From assembly GCA_043228905.1 (NCBI GenBank), contig JBHGNT010000003.1, positions 14,322,001 to 14,386,000 on the forward strand: 64,000 nt of DNA, read 5' to 3'. Below, in pieces: positions 32,701-44,800 of this stretch. Made by a program: the position numbers and the translations under genes. This stretch comes from Azolla caroliniana (Eukaryota; Plantae; Polypodiophyta). Each line of letters starts with the position of its first letter. The first letter of the stretch is position 1. Below the pieces are notes generated by a model that was given only the letters and a program-made list of their open reading frames with translations, made no database searches and had not been told where the DNA came from.

Positions 32701-34387
32701 TGAGTTTCCTTCAACTATACCTGTTGCCATATGTTTGCAGGATTCTATGATCTCAGTATCTTCAGACTTCTTAATAAATATGGATTGGCTTGTAGTATGT
32801 ATATGTTAGTCATGAATATACAGAAGTGAATATGTCTCTTGGCAAGCAGACTCTTCTTGAGATAAACTCCAATTTTAATTATTGACTTTATACTTGGGAT
32901 AGACAAACTGCTGGCCGGCTTCTAAACTCGTTCATGAATATATGCTCAAAAATGTATCAGTTATCTTGGAATAATAATTTCTACCTCCTTTAAAGTTTGT
33001 ACGTTCATATCTGTCTTTATGATCCTGTGCTTATGCTTGGAATAACTGCATACGTCTACTTAACAGTATTTTAAGTACTGACTTTATTATCTTGTGGCAG
33101 TGCTTGTGCTAAATGAAGTGGATCGACTATCAAAAGAGGCTCAACATTCACTTCGTCGTACCATGGAGAAATACAGCTCAGCATGCAGGTTAATCTTATG
33201 TTGTAATAGTGCATCGAAAGTTATAGAGGCAGTTCGTTCACGTTGCTTGAATGTTAGGATAAGTGCACCCTCCAAAGAGGAGGTGAGTACTGAATTTTGA
33301 CTTTTCAGTAATTTATTGTCGTATTTTTTCTCATTTTACATGCCAAATACTTAATCATTGCTTTATTTACAGATTGTTAAAGTGCTTCAACATGTTTCTA
33401 AAAAAGAAGGGCTACAGCTTCCATTGCCTTTTGCTGCTCGAATAGCTGTTACTGCAAATAGGAACCTGCGAAGGGCAATCCTTTCGCTGGAGGCATGTAA
33501 AGTACACCAGTAAGCTCTTACTTTTTCGCTTTTCAATTATTCTGTAGTAGAGTGATGAGATTCTGTGAATATCATAAGAATGGGGAAGATAGAGTTTAGG
33601 TGCATGATTGAAATACGCTTTACATTTGTGGTCTGTGGATTGAGCAATGAATTTCTGCATGGGTACCAACTGATATCAGGTTTGATTTAGGTACCCTTTC
33701 ACAGATAATCAAGTGGTTCAAACAACTGATTGGGAGCAATATATTGTGGAGATTGCATCTGACATTGTGAATGAACAAAGCCCTAAAAGGCATGTGTCTG
33801 AGCTTGTTTTTACTTTCAATATACAAAGCAATTCAAGTTATTGAAACCATTTAATGTTTCTGTAATTTGTGGGTGTTCAGGCTATTCTTGGTACGAGGAA
33901 AATTGTATGAGCTCCTTGTCAACTGTATTCCACCTGAAATAGTTCTCAAGGTATTTTGCATTAAAGAGTAGACTTTACTATGGTTATAGTGGTTCTAGCC
34001 ATCTGAATGGACTTTCAACTGTTTCAGAGGTTGTTATTAGAACTGATGAAGAAGCTGGATTCTGAGTTGAAACATGAAGTGTGTCATTGGGCAGCTTATT
34101 ATGTAAACATTTATTTTTAAAGCAAAATTTGATATTATCTTTAGAATGCTGTAAACTACATTTTATTAAGTTGGTGGATATCTGCTTTCTTGTCCAGGAA
34201 CATAGAATGCAGCTTGGCCAGAAGCCTATCTTTCATCTGGAAGGTATATGATTTGATCGTTTTAAGTAACAATTATCATACTAGACTACATTCTTGCTTA
34301 TAGAAGTTTTTGTACTACTGTTTTCCAGCATTTGTTGCTAAGTTTATGAGCATATACAAAAGATTCCTAATTGCAACATTTGGCTGA
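29706..34387 (+). CDS. RFC3: Replication factor C subunit 3 (38-kDa, yeast Rfc5 type), 11 exons, 354 aa
   Basis: Exons 29706-29789, 29906-30016, 30113-30145, 30447-30615, 33101-33282, 33373-33509, 33691-33789, 33881-33950, 34028-34102, 34198-34243, 34329-34387 sum to 1065 nt in consistent phase. Motifs MLWVDKYRP, PHLLFYGPSGAGKKT, VLNEVDRLSKEAQHSLRRTMEKY, SRC, FHLEAFVAKFM. Confidence 0.97.
32568..32758. repeat. ~96-bp tandem duplication in RFC3 intron 4
   Basis: tgcatcaaaatcaaaatgc...gcaggattctatgatctc at 32568 and 32664 with a few differences. Confidence 0.85.
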
Positions 34388-36254
34388 ATTAAAGTGGGAT
34401 ATGCACATCAACGAGCTATAGTGATACTCGATGGAAGGGTTACATTCAGCTGGCTGCAGAACAGTCACACGAAGGTTACTTCAATATGTACCAACTAATG
34501 GATATGTTTAGACCATGGTACTTAAAAAAGTTACAAATGACTTCATTCACAACCATCACAGATGCTTTACTGCTGGCCATGAAACATTCTTTCCATGTTC
34601 AGAAAGGACATTGTCTTAGCTTGGGCATATTATAGCATCAGACATTCATGCCGTGTCATAGGAAAGGTAGCCCTCTTTTCACAGTATGGTCTCTTTCTAA
34701 GTGTTGGTAGTTTTGGTTCGAAAGTTTTCGAACAATTTTGCTGCGATTTTTCATGAAAAGTGCCATTTTTAGTCTCCATGGGGATGTACATATTTTCCTC
34801 CACAACTATAGGTTATGAATTCAAAATTTGAAACATTAAACATCTTTTTGAGTTAGAGTTGGACATTTTTAGCAAAGTTGCATGAAAGTAATAAGAAGGC
34901 AACAATTAGGAGAAACCAGTCCAACTTCATGCCGCATCTTCATTGTTAATTGCAAGGTTTGGAATAAACATTCTCAAGCTATCTTGCTTTTGTAGTATTC
35001 AAAGTTGGTTTTCCTCTTTCTTTCTCATGTTTATGTGACGTGAACATGAGAAAAAGGTAAGATTCACAGCATTAATATTATTGTTTGTTTTATTTGCAGT
35101 TATAATTGATATCATCAGACTTGTCCGTATTTATTGTCACAATAAACAATAATAGAAAATTAATTTCCTCAAATTAACATATGGAGCCTAGAGGCAGCTC
35201 TCCTCCCATCTAATAATCTCTTGAGCCAAGGAGGCTAGGATATAAGAATGGTTGCATGTAACTCGGTAAACGGTGTCTACAAATAAGCTAATTTACCAGC
35301 ATGGCGAAAAGGAGTGGATTGAGCACATAACATAGTAAATCTTTATATGCCTTCACCATACTTGAGCAAAGTATGACTGAAGTAACATCTGGATTGTGCT
35401 AATAAACCTTTGTGGAGCCTTCCAATTAACTCACTATGGTAGATTATGCATGTTTGCTGAACTTCTGCAATTGACAACGCTTTTGTGTTTTTGTTTGTCT
35501 TTAGATTCAACTTATTTTTTTGTTAGAACTTCACATTCGGAAGTTTGGAAGCTTTGATTCTCCTTTCACTGAATACATTAAAATGTACAGTGTGATATTG
35601 GAGGAGTATTAGAAAGCAGCTTAGGTGCACAATCAAATGGTGATGCACTTGGCTTGTTCTCAAGGCTAAGCATGCCCTGCCACTTGATGTTCATGCCTTA
35701 ACCTTCCCGTGCAGTAATGCTAAGCTCATCAGGTGCTGCTGCTATTAACCTATCAGGTGACATCATGATGTGCATTACTTGTTGGAACAATGCAGGATCA
35801 ATCTCATGTCCTAGCAAGAACGAGATTTGGTGACATCTCTTGAAATAGACACCATTAACTTGATGGATTGTATGTGGCCCCAATTTGATGCTTCTTGGCA
35901 CAACATGTTAGACAAATTGTAGGGTCTTGAAGAAGTGTTTTGCTAAGAGTGTTGGGCAAATGTGATGGAGACTCATCTACTCTTGATCAATGGAGAAGAT
36001 GGGCTCCAACAAGGATGGGGAACCCTACTTCAGGCATCATTAAAGACGTAGGACATAGCCTAGAGAAATCATGAAATGGTTGTGGACGTGACTATTGAGG
36101 TTCATTGTGTAATGAAAGGACATAATGTAAACTGTAAATGCATAAAAGAAAAGCAATAAACATGTTTTAAGTATTCTTGAGAATAAATTGGAACAATACA
36201 ACTTTTGATTAGATGATCAACAAGTATATAATTAAAGCTAAATTATAGTATAAC

Positions 36255-37800
36255 ATGTATAACTTACCAGACCCATCAAAAACCTTATGAGGTTGAGACT
36301 GATGCAAGTGATTATGTATCAAGATGCCAAACTTGTTGCATTTGAGAATAAGAAACTTTTTCCTAGTTAGTATTGGTACTTAGTCCAAGAAAAGAAGTAT
36401 TTGCAGTTATACATGCACATAAGTCATGGAGACATTATGTATATGGACATCGTTTTGTGATAATTATGGACCACCAATCCTCAAATATTGTTGTGACCAG
36501 CAAGACCTCATGGGTCGTAAGGCAAGATAAGTAGAACTCATTTAAGACTTCAATTTTTCTGTATGATATTGCAAACATTGTCAGTGATGCATTTAGTTGT
36601 ATTCATGAAGTTAACATGTTTAGATTCATTGAAAGTAAATCTAATTTGTATGAACATCTTCGAGGAAAGTACCTTGATGATAGTTAATTTGGAAAATTTT
36701 GGGTTAGAGTTGAATCTAGAACGAATGCAATAAACACTTCATTCTTAAAAAGAACCCTTTGCATTGCAAATGATTTGCTCTATCGTAATGGAAATGTTTG
36801 TGTCCCAAATTCACCTTAGGTAAACATGAAATCTTTTTGAATGTCATGATGTACCCTCAACAGGTACCTTGAGATACATATCACACTTATTCTTATTATC
36901 TTTATTAAAAGTTATTGGTGTAAAATGCATCATATGATGTAGAGGATAATGTGATTAAATGTCACCAATATTTGGTTAAGAAGGCTCAAGGGCTTAAGGG
37001 TTTAGGTCTTTTACATCCGTTGGGTATTCCTTATAGCATGTGGGAAAATATCACAATAGATTTCATCATTCGTTTACCATGCACTAGGAAAATTCATGAT
37101 GTCATTTAGGTGGTCATCGATAGATTAACAAAAATGACCAAATTCATTCCAATGAGATCCAAAATGATAGCTCAAGACTTGGCTTACCTATTCGTTAATG
37201 AACTATTCTTATGCTATAGGTTACTAATGGATATAGTTATTGTTAGGGATACTAAGTTTAGGAGTGATTTTTGGATGCAAGTCTTTAAGAAACTAGAAAA
37301 TACTTTGAGCATGAGTTCCATAAACCACCCTCAATATGATGGATAAACAAAATGAGTTAATCTGATAATTAAGGATATGCTTTGAGTGTATGTAGCAAAG
37401 AAGCCTATTAAATGGGAACAATATCTTCTTATTTTGGAGTTTGCCTATAATAGCTCCAAACATACATCAATTGGACACATTCCTTTCATGTTGATGTACG
37501 GTTTTAACCACGAGCCTTAATTGATGTCACTATTCATCGTGATGATCTACAAAGTACACAAAAATTTCTAAGGGATATGCAAGCCATGTTGCATATAACT
37601 TGGGATAACATAAAAATGGCTCTAGACAAAGCTTGCTTTTATGCTCACTAGCATTGACATCCTTGTATATTTCTCCCTAGATAGAAAATGTGTGCCTCAT
37701 GACCCCACGATGTTGTCTACTTGTAAGTATACTAAATTAGCATGAGGCTTTTTTGAACCTTTCCATTAAAACTTAGGTTACTCTTGAGGATTTGTCATAC
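36255..37800 (+). mobile_element. Very old Ty3/gypsy RNase H-integrase relic
   Basis: LPDPSKPYEVETDASDY, VVIDRLTKMTKFIP, LSMSSINHPQYDG; AT-rich with many stops. Confidence 0.85.
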
Positions 37801-37954
37801 AAACTTCATACACTAGAAAGAATTCTTGATTAAACACATTCTAGCATATTTGAAAGTTTAAAATAAAATGGATGGATGGTTCTATTGTAGATATTACTCG
37901 CGATAGCTGAGGTGTTTTTATGGTACCCCGGATTCTTGCAATAGAAGCAGGTAG

Positions 37955-38875
37955 GCCTCCCCCTCGACTTCGACCTCGTCCCCAACTTTTCCCCGGTTCT
38001 AGGGACTTCTATTCCGGCCTCTTCCCTGGTTCATGTCACCTTCTGTGACTAAGGCCTTCTAGTTGGATACAGACGCTCTGTCCTTCTGGCAAGCTTCCTC
38101 ATTTAACAAGCTCGACTTCACCATCTCTAGGGATAGATGTTTCCCTTCCGGTTCGGCGTTGCCCAAAGTGACGACGAGCGCCTCCCAGCTATCCGGAAGG
38201 GATCCCATCAACAATAGCGCTAATACCTCGTCGGCAAGAGGTACTTCTAGAGAGGTGGTCTGGTTGATCAGTCTTTGCAAGGCATTCAGATACTCCGCCA
38301 TGCTGGAGCCATCCTTATACCGAAGTCTCACAATCTTCTGGAACATTGAGTCCATGTTGACAACATTTTTGTTCTCAAACATAAAGTCGATCTTCTCCGA
38401 GAGGACATCCGCCTTGGTCTCTTCATTGAAATTGTTATATCTAGACTCATGTCTATAAAACACATGATGTATGCTGCTCCCGTTAGATGCATGATGTCCC
38501 AAGTTGATGCATCAATCTTGTCAAGCTTGGTCTTACCGTATTGCATAGGAAACCATAAGTCTTTGCACACAAACATGTCCCGCATCTTTGACTTCCACAC
38601 ATAGTTGGGGCCTGTTAACATAGCATGTCGGATCCATTGTCGTTAGTATGGATCTTCACAAGGGTGAACTCTCCTTCCTCCACTTACTCCCGCAACTAGT
38701 GGTACCTCCTTTGTATATGTTTGGTTTGAGAGTGGTAGCCAACATTCTTGGCTATATGTATATGGCGTTTTGGTTGTTACAATGAAGGAAGAAATCCCTT
38801 TGCTTCATCCCCAACTCACTGAAGGAGTTTCTCATCCAAATCAGCTCTTTGCCGGTCTCTACCGTTGCCATATAT
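37955..38875 (-). mobile_element. Tork-like copia fragments: RNase H end (38875-38622) joined directly to gag (38620-37955)
   Basis: YMATVETGKELIWM...GSDML followed by LTGPNYVWKSKMRD and LLMGSLPDSWEALVVTLGN. Confidence 0.85.
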
Positions 38876-41800
38876 TGATGTAGATGCCACCCCTTCGCCA
38901 CTGCCACCGCAAGCAAGACATGGAAGATCATCATCTTTGCGACCGACGCGAATGTCTCATCATAGTCGATGTCATGTTGCTGCACATAGCCCTTTGCCAC
39001 TAATCGGCCCTTGTACCGGTTGACGACGCCATCAATGTTGTATTTGACCTTGTATACCCACCGACAACTGATTGGCTTCACTCCTATCGGTACGTCCACC
39101 AAGTCCCACGTGTCATTCTCTGCGAGCACATGCATCTCTTCCTCCATGGCCTTCTGCCAGTTCGGATCCTTAGCCACTTCTGCGTAGCTCTCCGGCTCAC
39201 ACATGGCTGCCACCTTCACCATGTATGCATAATGATGCGCCATATACTTGTTATATCCATATCAAACTACGGGGTGCTTTTGGCGGGTGGATCGGCGGAG
39301 TTTTTGCTCTACCAATTTCTTGGTCCTCTTGGCCGACTAAGACTTCTCTTCCGAAGATCCATCTTTGTTCTTTCCGGAATCGGATTCGCTCCAATTCGAC
39401 TCATCTATGTTGGTGTCATATTTTGACATCTTCTTCTTCCCTTTCTCTTTGTGTGTGAACCATCTCCTTGGTTCCTTACGCAGGGAAAGCACGACTGAGT
39501 CTTCACTGCTCGCCGACGCATCATCTTGCTGGTCCTTCCGACTCAGCTCTTCATTTGGCCTGCTCGGCCGGAATGAGATCAGACTCTCATCTAGAGTACC
39601 GAATCCTTCTTCTTCGTTTTCCCGGATCGTTTCAAGCTCACTGGCCTCATCTTTAGGAATCGGGTCGTAGCCGATTCATCAAACTCGACATCTTGGCTTA
39701 CTCGGCCCGCCTTTGTCTGGGGGTTGTAGCACTTATACCCCTTCTGGTCATGAGAGTGGCCGGCCAATATGCACTTCTCCGACTTTGGGTCCAGCTTCCT
39801 TCACCTCTCATCCGGTACATACACATAAGCAATGCTACCGAATATCTTAAGGTGCCTTAAATTCGGCTTGCGCTCGAAATATAAATCATGTGCTGACACC
39901 TTATCTTGATCTGGTTTTGGATGTAAGTATAACTTCGGCATGCCCCTCTCCTCCAACATCACCGTTGCTGCCTCCACAATCAACCGATTCTTCCTTTTGG
40001 CCACACCATTTTGTTCCGGTGTGTATCTGCAACTGAATTCCCTCTGAATTCCTTTCTGCTACAAATAACTGTTGAATTGACCGGAAAAGTATTATTTTGC
40101 CCCATCCGACAGCAACCACTTGATCTTTCTCTCTGTTTCCCATTCCACAAGACTTCGCTTTTCCTTTCGATTAGGTAGATCCATGTGTGCTGGCTGTAGT
40201 CGTCAATGAAGGAGACGAAATATTAGCTCTCTCCAAGACTAATGTCTTGTGATGGTCCCCAAACATCCGAATGTATCAAGTCGAGCTTGTTACGGCTCCG
40301 GTTTCTTTTAGTGGGGAATGGAAGCTGGTGTTGCTTCCTGAGCTGGCATGCTTCACAGATTTGAGCCTTCTAGCCAATAAATTTCGGCAATCCAAAAACA
40401 ACTTGTTTCGATTGTAGGTCGTGTAGCCTTTGATAATTGACTTGGCCGATCCGCTTGTGCCACAAGTCGATATATGACTCAACTTTCTATCCTTTTGCGA
40501 ACAAAGTGTGCCTATGTCGTTGGTGTCGAGGATGAACATCCTCCCGTCCCGACTCCCTTGCATGATGACTTGGCCCTCTTCCTTGATGAAGCACCCGAGA
40601 TGCGTAAACCGCACCTACATCCCTTGGTTGACGATCTGTCCGACAGACAACAAGTTCTTTGTGATTGTCGGAATGTGAAGCACGTACATAAACTTCCCTT
40701 TTTGTCCGACATGACTCAAGGGAACTTCATTGACATGCACGATCGGGTGAGGAGTGTCGTCTCCGGTTTCAACAACTCCCGGTTGCTCCGGCTTTTCTAG
40801 AAACAAGAACCACTCTTTGTGGCTCGTCATGTGGTTAGATGCTCTGGAGTCAACGTACCACACTTCCTTCGATCGAGTTCGCCTTGTGTTTCATCACAAA
40901 GGCTGGCCCTTTTTCAATCTTTCCGGTCCTGAATCCTTCCGATCCTTTAGCGTAGTGCGAGCTTTGCCAGTTCCCTTGTCCGTTCTTGCCAGATCCGGAT
41001 TTATCCAAGTTGGCATGTTTCTTCCAACACTCGCTCTCTCAGTGACCTAACAATACCAACATTCCATCTCGGCCTTCCCTTGTCGGTTTCCAGCGCCACT
41101 TTGACTCCCCCTCCTTGTGGAGAGTCTAGAACTGTTGTTGGCACCATCTCCTTGCCTCTGATTCTACTCTTGCCGGTCGTTGCTATTACATGCCGACCGA
41201 CCTCGTCCTCCACGCCCACAGGGCATCTGCCTCCGTGTACAACATCCAGCTGTCTGATTGAGTGGTCCTCAACCCACTCGCGTGGTTTTCTTCGACCATT
41301 AGCATCGATTTCAGGTTGAAGAAGGACGATGGCTTCTACCGTCTGGATTGGCCCGTACCGTTTTGCTAGACCACCAAGGCAAATCTGAACCATCTCTTCT
41401 TCGTCCACCGTCACATTGATGTAACTGAGCGCGTCGCAGATCTCCTTTATTTTGGTGGTGTAGTCGGTAACCGACATGTCTCTCTGTCGGATGTTGTTGA
41501 GCTCTTGTCAGAGCTGCAACTTCCGGGTCATCGTGCTTGCCGTGAAAATCTTTTTCAGATTCTCCCAAGCTTCTTTCATAGTTTTTGCATCTCTGATGTA
41601 GCTGAGCATTTGGTTGTGCACACAAGATGTGAGGCAGTACAACATTTTGGTCACTCCTTGTTTCCATGCCGGGAAGTCCTTGTGGGCCGAATCCGGCGCT
41701 GCTACATTCGCTCCTTCTACATAGCTCTAGTATCCGTGACCCAACATGTATTGGTGCATTTTATATGATCAAGACGCATAGTTGCTCCAATTGAGCTTTT

Positions 41801-44800
41801 ATGTAGGAAGCGAGCTCGCCATGCTTTTGTCCATATCTGTAAAAAGTAAAGTGCGGAAGCAAGTATGAAGACGGAACAGAAGGAAGAAAACTCAGGTTTA
41901 ATAGAGAGCTTGAGCTTACGCAGTATACGCGGGAGAGACAGAGAGAGTGAGAGAGGAATAAAACAAGAACTATATTCAACATCAGTACTAAATCTCTATT
42001 CACCACACTCTATACATATGTGTGTTCAATGAACACTTTTATACAAGTCCTAGAAGGATTGACCGAAGTACTGACAATACTTCAATGCTCATTAAGAGCT
42101 CCTACACTAACTCCCAAATATATTCCTCACGGAATATCTTTCCTAACGGCCTCCCGGTTTACGCACCAATCCGGCTCTACCTACGCACCGGTCTGCGTAC
42201 CGGTTTACACATTCAGCCTAACCGATCGGTCCCAACCGATCCGGTCCTCGGCTTCTTCAGCCGATCTGGCCGATGTTGAGCTTTTCTCTTAACACTCCCC
42301 CTGAAGCTCAAGTTGAGGCTCTTCGGGATCTTTGGGCTCACAGCTCCGGTTCCTCCTGGCTTCATGCCTCGCTCGCGCTCCACGACCTGTTTGACTCCGC
42401 TCGCTTCGACCCTTCCGGTGGGCTTGTCTACTCATGTGGCCCTTATCAGCTCTTCTGCTGTTGCGGTGTTGATGCTTCTCCTGCTGCCTTTTCTTCCGCT
42501 TGGGCCTCGGTTGATTCAACATATCTGAATCAAACATCCGAACCGACTCGGCTACCTCTGATCGGTTTTCGCTCTCGTCCGAGTTGGCTGTCTCCAACTT
42601 GTCTTCGGTCTTCTCGCCCTTGATGGCGTCATCTTCCCCATGCGTGGTTGGCTTCGGCTCTCTCCTTCGGCTACTCCCCTTCTGTCCGCTTCCGGACTTT
42701 TCCCGGGGTCCGCCCTCGGCTTCTTCAGCCGATCCGAAGTCGAACTCAACAACCGAGTCAACCGACTCGGTGTCGCGGTCTCCACTCCTTTCCTACTGCC
42801 TTGCTTGGTCGTTCAGGACTATTCTCCCCCTCAAGTTTGGCACGTCGAGGTGACGCAACCCGAGCACACCTGAGAATTGCCGCAACTTGTCCAGACCAAG
42901 AGGCTTGGTGAAGATGTCGGCAGTCTGCCGATCCGTCGGAACGTACTGAAGTTCGACTTCACCGGAAAGGACACGCTCACGGACGAAATGGTAGTGCACC
43001 TCAATGTGCTTGGTCCGTGCGTGGAAAAAGGGGTTTTTCGCGAGCTGGATGTTGCTGAGGTTGTCGCAGTAGATCGTTGTCGGATTTGACACCTCCTCTT
43101 GCAGGTCCTTAAGTAGCCGCTTCAACCATATGGCTTCGCATGTCGCGACAGCCGCTCCTCGGTACTCAGCTTTGGTGCTCGACAGTGCAACTGTTGGCTG
43201 CTTCTTACTGCTCCACGTGATCGCGGCACTCCCGACGGAGAACGCGTATCCGGACGTGGATCGGCGATCGGCGGCATTGCCAGCCCAATCAACATCGGTG
43301 TAGCCGACTAACTGCGCTGCTGCACCGGCCCGATATAGCAGTCCCCGGTCCTTAGTGCCGTTGACATACCAAAGTATGCGTTGCGCACACTGGAGGTGCT
43401 CCTCGGTAGGTCGCACCATGAACTGACTGATCACTCCGACCGGATAACTGAGGTCGGGTCGGGTGATGGTCAAGTATATGAGGCTTCCGACAATTTGTCA
43501 GAACCTCGTCGGGTCGCATACCTTTCCCGTATCGGGACGAAGCTTGACGGTTCTGTCCAGAGGAGTCCAGATGGACTTACAGGCGGCCATCCCGAATTTG
43601 AAGAGCATACTCAGCACGTAATGACGTTGGCTGATCAATATGCCTTCGGGGGTACGGATCACTTCGATCCCGAGGAAGTAATGAAGGTCCCCCAGATCCT
43701 TCATGTCGAACGATGCACCAAGTTGGAGCTTCACGCGGTCGATTTCACCTAGGTCGGCGCCGGTGATGACCAAGTCATCAACATATAGTAAAATACTAAC
43801 CGGTCCGAGTCGACCTTTCCGGATGAACAGGGAAGAGTTTGATTTTGACGTGATGAAGCCCATCCGACGCAGTTGTTGCGTGATCTTCGCGTTCCAGGCA
43901 CACAGGGCTTGCTTCAGTCCGTAAAGGGACTTCTTCAGTCGGCATACTGCCGAGGAGTTCGTTCCAGAGTGAAATCCGGGGGGCTGTACAATGTACACCT
44001 GTTCCTCAAGGTCACCTTGCAGGAACGCATTCTTTACATCCATCTGATGTAAGTGCCACCCCTTCACCGCAGCTACTGTGAGCAAAACACGGACGGTCGT
44101 CATTTTCGCGACCGGCGCAAACGTCTCATCGTAGTCGATGCCGTGTTTTTGCGCGTAACCTTTTGCCACTAACCGGGCCTTATATAGGTTGACCGAGCCG
44201 TCAGTGTTGTACTTGACCTGGTACACCCACCTACATCCGATTGGCTTCACACCCTTCGGTGCATCAACCAGATCCCAGGTCTCGTTTTCCGCCAATGCGT
44301 GCATCTCTTCCTCCATCGCGGCGCGCCAATTCGCGTCCTTCGCCGCTTTTGCGTAGCTCTCCGGCTCACGCACTTCCGCTATACGGGTCATGTACGCATA
44401 GTGATGCGCCATGTACTCATTGTATCCGAACCGCAAAATAGGATTCTTCTGGCGGGTAGATCGGCGTAATGTCGAGGCCTTCTCGGTCGACGCGGACTTC
44501 ACCTTTAAAGACCCGTCACTGGTTCCCTCGGAGTCGGACTCGCGTCAGTCTGACTCGTTCCTATCCGTGCCGGAATCCGACACCTTCTTCTTCCCTTTCT
44601 CTTTGCGCGTAAGCCGTCTCCTTGGCTTCCTGCGCGGGGAATGCACGGCCGAGTCTCCACTACTCGCCGGCTCTTCATCGGACTGATCGTACCGACTCAG
44701 TCGTCCAATCGGTCCAGTTAAACGGAGTTAAATCGGACTCTCTTCGCGGGTCTCGATTTCGGGCTCATCCGGAGGCATCTCGGCCTCGCTGACCTCATCG

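Noticed and set aside
35698-36065. Exon-like minus-strand segment with plausible splice sites downstream of RFC3
   Set aside because: There are stops in all three frames and no recognisable family; it could be a pseudogene scrap but cannot be supported.
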